From positions 108,652 to 172,651 of the forward strand of contig JBDHWW010000001.1 of assembly GCA_039810425.1 (NCBI GenBank): a stretch of DNA of 64,000 bases. The letters run 5' to 3'. Source of the DNA: Pseudobdellovibrionaceae bacterium. GTDB taxonomy: Bacteria; Bdellovibrionota; Bdellovibrionia; Bdellovibrionales; Bdellovibrionaceae. How positions within the stretch are numbered: the stretch's first letter is position 1; each line of letters starts with the position of its first letter. Shown here piece by piece: positions 20,659 through 28,133 of this stretch. The notes under the pieces were generated by a model that saw only the letters and a list, made by a program, of their open reading frames with translations, ran no database searches and had not been told where the DNA came from. The translations under genes were made by a program, and so were the position numbers.

Positions 20659-21621
20659 ATGCCAAAGCAACTTAAGGCTTCTTTACTTACCGTGGTTTTT
20701 ATTTACACTTCGACAGTCATGGGTGGGGCGATTGAGTCAGGAACCGCAAGGGTCACTCCAACGTCGGCACCAAAAACTTCGGCTCCATCGATTACGGATT
20801 CCTCTCAAGGTGCGGCAAAAGACAATAAGATGGGGCAACTCATGAATATTGCTATTGGTGGCGTGAACCTTGCGACCGGTGCTTATTGCCAGAGTACCTG
20901 CTCAACGGGTAGTGGATGCTGTCCAATGGCACCGCTATTTTTTTTAATGGGCATGCAGAATCTTGCACAAGCAGGAGCCCAGGGTAAATCCGGAGGCCAA
21001 GCGTCGGGAGCCGTCTATTCTACAGATGTAGGCTTGGACTACGGAGGTTATGATCCAAATGCATCGAACCCGTTTGGGGGTGACCCAGAAATGAAAGTGG
21101 GTAAAGACTTTGCGGCCGCTGTGGCCGCAGGAAAGACCGGCTTTACCTATGATCCAAAAACTAATAGTGTTACGACCGCAAAGGGAAACACAATCAAAGG
21201 CAGCGACTTGGGCAACTCTGCAGCGCTAGCCGCTGCGGGCGTGCCTCAATCGGCAATTGATATGATGAAGAGCATGGAAAGCGATGTCGTCGCCAAAGCG
21301 ATGAAAAAAGTCGACAAACTCGGCCTGAACACGAATGTCGTTTCTGGTGAAGAGAGCAGCGGTGGTATGGGCGGTGGCGGCGGGGCGGGCTCAGCCTCAG
21401 GTTCTGGTGACGTGAATCCTTATGGTGCGATGGCGGGAAAAGGTTCTAGCCTTGGGATTGACCGTGATCCAGCGCAAGTTGCAGGTATGCAAAAGAACTA
21501 CAATGGTGAACCTATCGGAGTATCTGGTGACAGCATCTTTAAAATGATGAACCGTCGTTATAAAGTAAAAGAAAGTCAAAGCACATTCTTGGATGAGTCC
21601 GACGTTCCGATGCAAAAGTAA
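20659..21621 (+). CDS. Secreted Gly-rich hypothetical protein
   Basis: Hydrophobic N-terminus, Cys cluster, Gly tract, C-terminal SIFKMMNRRY. Starts 2 nt after the upstream stop. Confidence 0.85.
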   Translation: MPKQLKASLLTVVFIYTSTVMGGAIESGTARVTPTSAPKTSAPSITDSSQGAAKDNKMGQLMNIAIGGVNLATGAYCQSTCSTGSGCCPMAPLFFLMGMQNLAQAGAQGKSGGQASGAVYSTDVGLDYGGYDPNASNPFGGDPEMKVGKDFAAAVAAGKTGFTYDPKTNSVTTAKGNTIKGSDLGNSAALAAAGVPQSAIDMMKSMESDVVAKAMKKVDKLGLNTNVVSGEESSGGMGGGGGAGSASGSGDVNPYGAMAGKGSSLGIDRDPAQVAGMQKNYNGEPIGVSGDSIFKMMNRRYKVKESQSTFLDESDVPMQK

Positions 21622-21623
21622 TT

Positions 21624-22631
21624 TTAATTGTTTTCTAAAAAAATCAAATCAGTGGCGGCTGTATTGGCGGCCACTTTTATTTTTTCCGCCACCACGACAT
21701 TTTCGAGGGCTGAACCAGAGAGAACTTGCGCCTGTGAGCCGAACACACCAAAGCCCTTCAATGTCACCCCAGAGTCAATCTGGGTGCTAGCAGTTTTTAA
21801 AATAGTGGCACCATCCAGAGTCTCAAGCACCGGAGCTTCTTGACTAAAGCGTTCTATAGCCCGGCGAAGATGGCTTTGCTCGTAAGTTTCAGTTTTGCTT
21901 TTCAAAATATCTAGGCAACTGCCGGTCGCTTTCAAAAAATCTTGGGCGTTACCGGTTTCATACCAGTGACAAGGAACTTTGTAGCGTTGGACAAGGTGTC
22001 CTTCTTGAATCCCTGTAGTAACTGCATCGTACAGGATGTTGGCCGGAGTTCCATTCGGCAGGTAATCAAAGATCTTACCTGACAGAATTTGAATACCGAT
22101 AAAGTGCTCGGCCTTCACACACTCAGCACCGGGAGCTGTCTTGCCGAAACCACGAACGCGGTCTTTACTATCAAGCCACACGCCGCCGAACTTAGTTCCG
22201 ACGCCCTCATGATCCATTGTCAGCAAAGTACAAAGAGCCTTATTTTTTTGATGAAGCTCAATCGCTTTTGCGATTACACCTTTCTCCTTCGGCAAAACCA
22301 CTTCATCGGAATTCATCAAGATGAGGTCTTCAGCGGGTTTGAAGTAGTCCCGCGCGGCACCGAGCCCGCCGCCAGTATCTAGGATTTGCGTAATCTCATG
22401 AGAGAAATGTAGCTTTCTTGCCCCATGATTCATGTGGATAAAAAGATCCACGATCTTCGTGGGCAAGTGGAAAGTATTTACGATAAGGCGGTCGACTTTA
22501 AGGCCTTCAAGAAACGCCAGGGGGTAAGAGGCCAGGGGAATATTCAGAAAAGGAATCGCCGGTTTTGGCCGGATCAACGTATATGGCCGCAAACGAGTTC
22601 CTTCACCCGCCGCGAGGAGCATGACATTCAT
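21624..22631 (-). CDS. Sugar-phosphate nucleotidyltransferase (MurU-like)
   Basis: MLLAAGEGTRLRPYT..RPKP, LDTGGGL; coupled to an AmgK-like kinase. Confidence 0.8.
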   Translation of the reverse strand: MNVMLLAAGEGTRLRPYTLIRPKPAIPFLNIPLASYPLAFLEGLKVDRLIVNTFHLPTKIVDLFIHMNHGARKLHFSHEITQILDTGGGLGAARDYFKPAEDLILMNSDEVVLPKEKGVIAKAIELHQKNKALCTLLTMDHEGVGTKFGGVWLDSKDRVRGFGKTAPGAECVKAEHFIGIQILSGKIFDYLPNGTPANILYDAVTTGIQEGHLVQRYKVPCHWYETGNAQDFLKATGSCLDILKSKTETYEQSHLRRAIERFSQEAPVLETLDGATILKTASTQIDSGVTLKGFGVFGSQAQVLSGSALENVVVAEKIKVAANTAATDLIFLENN

Positions 22632-23638
22632 AAAAGCTCGTACTTTCTTTCCAAGGCTCCCGAATCGATCAGTACGTCAGCAAATGGTTTATAGTCAGGA
22701 AACTCAGTTAAGCTTTTGAGAACTCTTCTCAGAGTACCCGATAGATATTTTAAATAGCGCTTGTCTTCACGCAAATGATAGAAGCTGGCAAAGCTGCCGC
22801 AGGCCTTAAAGCAGCGTTGGATACTTTGCAGCTCATAGACTTCATTAAACTGAGTGCGTGAGAAATCTTTTGGCAAGAATTCGCGGGAGCTTTCTAAATA
22901 GTGCTCCATCAGCGTTTTTGTCATTTCATCGTTCATGTTCACATAAGAATCTTTGAACAAGCTGACCAGATCATATTGAATAGGTCCAAGGCGCGCATCC
23001 TGAAAATCGATCACTTTCATTTCATCAAGTTTGATCATCAGGTTGCGCGAGTGGTAATCACGGTGAGCGATCTTTTTGGGTTCACGATCCAGCTTGCTGC
23101 AAATATCTGTGAATATTCTTTGAATCTCACGTGCCGTCTTATCCGTCCATTGGAACTTTAGAATGCCGGAAATCAAGTTGTCTTTTCCATAGTTCATTTC
23201 CCAAAGGAACTTTTCAGTATCAAATTTGATATTGAAGGCCGTGCATGGTCCCGGAGTCGCCGTCGCTTTGTGGTGGATCTTTACAATCTCATCGACGGCC
23301 ATTTTATAGAAATCTAAAGAAGCTTCTTGAGTTTGGCTTTCCCAGAATTTTCTTTCGAGAGTCAGGTCACCCAAGTCTTCGAGCAAGACAAGACCATCAG
23401 CGGGAGTCATCGCAACCACTTCAGGAACGTGAACGCCGGATTTCGCAAAATGCTTGAGAACACTTAAGAAGGGATAGTTATCTGGATCAAACGGTTCCCA
23501 GCGCATGAGAACCCAAGATTGTTGATTCAAAACAACACGATAATAACGGCGATTTGAGGCATCACCAGCTAACGAGTAAATTTTGAAGTCATCACTTTTA
23601 AGAGACTGTTTTAAAAAGTTTTGGATGAATTCTTCCAT
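22628..23638 (-). CDS. Anomeric MurNAc/GlcNAc kinase-like phosphotransferase (AmgK-like)
   Basis: LAGDASNRRYYR, LEDLGD, HRDYHSRNLM, IDFQDARLGP..YDLVSL. Start 23638 or 23647. Confidence 0.85.
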   Translation of the reverse strand: MEEFIQNFLKQSLKSDDFKIYSLAGDASNRRYYRVVLNQQSWVLMRWEPFDPDNYPFLSVLKHFAKSGVHVPEVVAMTPADGLVLLEDLGDLTLERKFWESQTQEASLDFYKMAVDEIVKIHHKATATPGPCTAFNIKFDTEKFLWEMNYGKDNLISGILKFQWTDKTAREIQRIFTDICSKLDREPKKIAHRDYHSRNLMIKLDEMKVIDFQDARLGPIQYDLVSLFKDSYVNMNDEMTKTLMEHYLESSREFLPKDFSRTQFNEVYELQSIQRCFKACGSFASFYHLREDKRYLKYLSGTLRRVLKSLTEFPDYKPFADVLIDSGALERKYELL

Positions 23639-23681
23639 AGAATTCATCCTTGCAGACTAGACCTTAAAAGGCAAGACCACC

Positions 23682-24512
23682 TTAGTGGAGGTCTTGGTTC
23701 TCATCCTTATGAAAGAAAAGGTCCAACAACTCCCGTAGCATCTGAGAATTGAGCGGAGCACGTTCCACTTCCAGGTGGGAGGTTTGGATATCATGATCGA
23801 ATATTGGATTGACTAGGCGACTACTCAGCTCTGTCATCGGCAAAGTAGAGCTCGTCAGTATCAAAGGTTCTGATAGCGAACGCGGAGATTTCAAGTAGTC
23901 CGCAAGCAAAGCCTGATATTCAGCAGAAAGGTTTTCCACGTTCTCCACGAACAGTGTCATGCCACCTAAGTTGCAGATATCGAGGTCCGATTTGAGCTCT
24001 TTAGCGATATCTTCAAAAGGAATGAAGGCCCAACGAGCTGAGAAATCGTGGATTTGCAGAGCCACCTTCTTGATCAACGAACTGTCGCGCCCCTGAAGGT
24101 GCAAAAGTGAAGTGATCATGTGAGCAGGTTGAGTAGTCATTTCTTCTTGCAAATCTGAATCGTCGTCGCCAAAAAGGGTGACGTTCGTTGCGGAGAAATT
24201 CAAAGACTCAATAGTAGCCAAGTTTGTTTCACGACGCTCGAGGTATTCATTGTAGAGCTTTGGTTCCAAGACCATGCGAACCAACTGAGTGACACTTTTC
24301 TTTTTTTCAGAAGAAAGCTCCCAGCCATGAGGAATCACGGCGGTGCCCAGGAACTGTTCCTGCACAACAATGGGAATATAAAGGTCGTTCCCCTGAACGA
24401 CAGGCTCAGAGTCCTCTCTCAGCTTTGAAAGATCCATCATACGACGAAGCTCCAAACCCTTCCCATAGCGACTGCTTAATAACTGCTTCAGCTTTATCAA
24501 TGCTGTGTCCAT
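23682..24512 (-). CDS. Hypothetical protein with a possibly degenerate sigma54-activator AAA-like C-terminal half
   Basis: GMTLFVENVENLSAEYQALL..YL resembles GTLFLDEI..L....Q.KLLR but lacks Walker A and GAFTGA. Confidence 0.55.
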   Translation of the reverse strand: MDTALIKLKQLLSSRYGKGLELRRMMDLSKLREDSEPVVQGNDLYIPIVVQEQFLGTAVIPHGWELSSEKKKSVTQLVRMVLEPKLYNEYLERRETNLATIESLNFSATNVTLFGDDDSDLQEEMTTQPAHMITSLLHLQGRDSSLIKKVALQIHDFSARWAFIPFEDIAKELKSDLDICNLGGMTLFVENVENLSAEYQALLADYLKSPRSLSEPLILTSSTLPMTELSSRLVNPIFDHDIQTSHLEVERAPLNSQMLRELLDLFFHKDENQDLH

Positions 24513-24630
24513 CTATAATCCCTCTGGTCCCCATTTATCGACCGTTCGAAGGATTCCATATTACAAGTCTCATGCCGTAATTTGTCGCTTTCGGCGGGGG
24601 GGGATATATCGAATAAAATCAATGCTTTGT

Positions 24631-24670
24631 AAAAAGAAAGGGGTTCTTTTCATGATCGAAAAGAACCCCT
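24631..24670 (-). terminator. Intrinsic terminator after the sigma54 activator
   Basis: 13-bp stem aggggttcttttc/gaaaagaacccct with a T-run on the minus strand. Confidence 0.8.
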
Positions 24671-24717
24671 ATGTTTTGGTCACTAAAGTAAATCTTTCAG
24701 AGATTTACAAGACCTCG

Positions 24718-26274
24718 TTAGCGTGCAATCTTACGCTTATCGAGACCGTATTTTTCAACTTTCATGATCAAACCGGCGCGGCTGATACCCAGCTCTTTTG
24801 CCAATTTTGATTTATTCCAGCCCGTGCGGCGTAAGCCCTCGCGAATCATTTCGCGCTCGAGGTCTTCCAAAGCGTCTTTCAACTTACCTTGAAGGCGTGC
24901 CCCCTGAACTTTGTTTTTATCGCCGGACTCAAGAACCTTAGGAGAGAGCAATTCAGCCATCAACTTCGTTTCTTCCCCTGACAATACAACGAGTCTTTCG
25001 ATTTCATTTTGTAACTCACGAACGTTACCTGGCCAAGCGTAGTCATAGAGTTTTTCAAGAGCACGCTTTGTCAACAAACGCTTTACGCCACCAGTCGTCT
25101 CGGAGATTTTGCCCAAGAAGAAATCCACCAAGTAAGGGATATCTTCTTTTCTTTCACGGAGCGGGGGGACGCGGATGTTGATAACGTTCAAGCGATAGTA
25201 CAAATCTTCACGGAAAGTACCTTGTTCAACCATCTCTTTGAGATTTCTATTCGTAGCGGCAACGATACGAACGTCAACCTTACGCTGCTCCGTCGCGCCC
25301 ACTGGCGTGAACGTACCTTCTTGTAAAACGCGAAGCAGTTTTACTTGCATTGTCGGTGACGTATCACCGATCTCGTCAAGGAAGAAAGTTCCCTTATCGG
25401 CCATTTCGAAGAGACCCTTTTTGTCTTTCAAAGCCCCAGTGAAAGAACCGCGTACGTGACCGAAGAGTTCCGATTCCAAGAGGTTGTCATTGAATGCAGA
25501 ACAGTTTTGAATGACGAACGGCTTGTCTTTACGATGGGAATTGTAGTGAATTGACTTCGCAATCAACTCTTTACCGGTACCGTTTTCCCCTTGAACAAGC
25601 ACCGTAGAGTCAGCCCCTTTGATTTTATCCAGCAGAGCGTACAGTGATTGCATTGGCTTGGATTTACCGATCATATTGTCGTATTTAAATCTGTTGCCCA
25701 GTTCTTTATTTAATTCTTTGATTCTGTTTTCACGAGAAGTGATTTCCAAGTGAAGAGTTACGATCTCTTGAGCAACAAGTTCGCAAACTTCACAGAAATG
25801 GCCACGATCATGATCGTCAAGGTACTTCAACTTCCCGAGAGATTTTTCGATCGTATCCGCACTCATGCCGAAAGCCGCCAGGCGCTCGCGAATTTCTTCA
25901 AGGCGTGGCGTTGAATTTTGCTCACGGAAGAAACCCGTTGCGACAACCGTTCCAACAAAGTCATTTTCGATCAAGATAGGGAAGACGCCGACATCAAAAC
26001 CGACCATGTCCCACTTCTTAAGTGAGTAGCGGTTTTGAGAGGTTCTCAAATCGTCGATAGTTTTAACAACCATTTCGCCGATGCTGCTTTTAGCGGTTTC
26101 TTTTTGCATCAATTGCGCGACAGCTGGGTTGTTGAATTGAGTTTTCTCGGTATCGAAGCCTTTGATTTGGCCACGTTCATCAGTGAAGATGACGTCGATA
26201 TTCCACCAAGCGCCAAGAATTTGCTTCAGCTTTCTAATGACATGTATATGTTCAAACTCATCCCAATTGATCAT
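24718..26274 (-). CDS. Sigma54-dependent enhancer-binding protein with N-terminal PocR-like sensor domain
   Basis: GENGTGKE, ESELFGHVRGSFTGA, FLDEIGD, REDLYYRL, WPGNVREL, Fis-type HTH. The PocR call for the N-terminus is less certain. Confidence 0.9.
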   Translation of the reverse strand: MINWDEFEHIHVIRKLKQILGAWWNIDVIFTDERGQIKGFDTEKTQFNNPAVAQLMQKETAKSSIGEMVVKTIDDLRTSQNRYSLKKWDMVGFDVGVFPILIENDFVGTVVATGFFREQNSTPRLEEIRERLAAFGMSADTIEKSLGKLKYLDDHDRGHFCEVCELVAQEIVTLHLEITSRENRIKELNKELGNRFKYDNMIGKSKPMQSLYALLDKIKGADSTVLVQGENGTGKELIAKSIHYNSHRKDKPFVIQNCSAFNDNLLESELFGHVRGSFTGALKDKKGLFEMADKGTFFLDEIGDTSPTMQVKLLRVLQEGTFTPVGATEQRKVDVRIVAATNRNLKEMVEQGTFREDLYYRLNVINIRVPPLRERKEDIPYLVDFFLGKISETTGGVKRLLTKRALEKLYDYAWPGNVRELQNEIERLVVLSGEETKLMAELLSPKVLESGDKNKVQGARLQGKLKDALEDLEREMIREGLRRTGWNKSKLAKELGISRAGLIMKVEKYGLDKRKIAR

Positions 26275-26315
26275 AATGAATGCTCCTTCGTAAACTGTCT
26301 AATCTTTCAACTTTC

Positions 26316-26343
26316 ATATCGTCAAAAGATTGGACAAACTTGA
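26316..26343 (-). promoter_or_regulatory. Sigma28-like promoter of the sigma54 activator
   Basis: Minus strand TCAAG-N15-GACGATAT, same spacing as the element at 19129. Confidence 0.5.
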
Positions 26344-26410
26344 GAGCGACTGTCTAAAACCTTGTCTAACTAGACCTTCGTCATGGGAAATCGCTTCTGG
26401 CATCCGTAAA

Positions 26411-28132
26411 TTAAATACGGTGCTGGAGACTGTAAAATCTGAAATATTCACCTTTGGAGTCAAGAAGCTGCTGGTGATTTCCGATTTCAGCAATCTGCCC
26501 GGACTTAAGAACTACAATTTTATCGGCATTTTGAATCGTCGATAGACGATGGGCAATGATAAGGGCGGTACGGCCCTCCATCAAGTGATCTAAACCCTTC
26601 TGAACTTCAATCTCGCTGGCCGTATCGAGCGCACTGGTCGCTTCATCGAGGATCAGAATAGGCGCATCTTTAAACAGGGCACGGGCAATACTGATTCTTT
26701 GTTTCTCACCGCCTGACAGTAGATTACCGCGATCACCGACCAAGCTTTGATAACCGTGAGGCATGCGCATAATAAAGTCATTCGCGTTCGCCATCTTGGC
26801 CATAGCCGGAACGTCGCTCAAACTGCGCTCAAAATTGCCGGCTTGGATATTTCTCTCGATAGAATCACTAAACAAGAAGACGTCCTGATTCACGAGGGCG
26901 ACATTTTTACGCAAAGCTTGAAGGTTGAAGTCGAGGATATTAGTGCCGTCGATAAGGATTTCACCCGAAGTCGCGTCAAAGAAGCGCTCAAGGAGGTTCA
27001 CAATCGTCGATTTACCGCTACCACTTTCGCCGACGAGGGCCACTTGCTCGCCGCGATTGATGATGAGATTCACATTTTTCAGAATCAAGTCCCGCCCATA
27101 CGCAAAAGAGACATCTTTATAGACGATCTGTTTCCAGTCCTTCGGGAACGGCAGATTTTTTTCACTCTCTTTGACGACGTTCGGATTGTCGATCAAAGAA
27201 TAGACGCGTTGAGAGGAGACGATAACTTCCTGGATGCGGACGTAGCTTTCTTGAAACTTCTTAATAGGCTGATTCAAAGCGACAAGAGACGTCACAAACG
27301 CCATAAATGCACCCATCGTTGTTCGCCCATCTGCGATCTCCGTGCCGATATAGAGAAAGAGCCCTAATATCAGTAAGGTTGCAACGAACTCTGATACGGG
27401 ACCCATGATTTCGACACGGGAGTGAATGGTTTTTCGCACTTCCAAGTAGCCATCAGATTCGTCAACGAGCTTCTTAGCCATAGTTTTTTCAAGATTAAAA
27501 GATTGAATTACGCGAACGCCGTCCAAAGATTCTTTGATCGTTGAAGTCATTCTTTCCAAAGCTTCTTGCCCTTGCGGTAAGTATTTACGCAAGCTACGGG
27601 AGATATTCTTTTGGAAGACGCCTATGATAGGAACGATGATGAGTAGGCTTAAGGTCAGTTTCCAGTTGATCAAAATCAAATTGCAGAACAAAAAGACCAG
27701 GAACAGGGGAGCGCTAAAAATATCCGCGACCATACGAAGACCATCTTGAATCACTTTAACGTCATTCAGGATACGAGAAATCAAGCCTCCCGAGCCGGAA
27801 GCATAGGTGTTGTGGAATCCGAGGTTGAGCTTCATGAACTTCTGTTGAAGCTTCTGGCGGATGTTCTGAGTGATGCATTCCGCAACGTAGTTCATCGTAA
27901 AGATGTGGAAGTAGCGGCCGATGCCCACCGCGACAGCTAAACCAAAAATCAAAATTCCTACCCGGAAAGCGCCATCGATGTTCTTAGCCGTTAAAGCATC
28001 CATAAGGAACTGTAGTTGCTTAAAGACAAGTGCCGAGGCCGAAGCATAGATGATTCCGGTAATAGCCACGACGACAAGTTGCTTTTTATAGACTTTTGCT
28101 TCTTCTAAGATGCGCGAGATTTCAGACTTCAT
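26411..28132 (-). CDS. ABC transporter, fused permease/ATPase (MsbA-like)
   Basis: N-terminal TM domain, GESGSGKST, LSGGEKQR, ILDEATSALD, IAHRLST. Confidence 0.9.
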   Translation of the reverse strand: MKSEISRILEEAKVYKKQLVVVAITGIIYASASALVFKQLQFLMDALTAKNIDGAFRVGILIFGLAVAVGIGRYFHIFTMNYVAECITQNIRQKLQQKFMKLNLGFHNTYASGSGGLISRILNDVKVIQDGLRMVADIFSAPLFLVFLFCNLILINWKLTLSLLIIVPIIGVFQKNISRSLRKYLPQGQEALERMTSTIKESLDGVRVIQSFNLEKTMAKKLVDESDGYLEVRKTIHSRVEIMGPVSEFVATLLILGLFLYIGTEIADGRTTMGAFMAFVTSLVALNQPIKKFQESYVRIQEVIVSSQRVYSLIDNPNVVKESEKNLPFPKDWKQIVYKDVSFAYGRDLILKNVNLIINRGEQVALVGESGSGKSTIVNLLERFFDATSGEILIDGTNILDFNLQALRKNVALVNQDVFLFSDSIERNIQAGNFERSLSDVPAMAKMANANDFIMRMPHGYQSLVGDRGNLLSGGEKQRISIARALFKDAPILILDEATSALDTASEIEVQKGLDHLMEGRTALIIAHRLSTIQNADKIVVLKSGQIAEIGNHQQLLDSKGEYFRFYSLQHRI

Positions 28133-28133
28133 T

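Noticed and set aside
22628..23638. Aminoglycoside resistance kinase
   Set aside because: It has the APH fold, but the GDASxRxYxR motif and coupling to a nucleotidyltransferase point to an AmgK-like housekeeping role.
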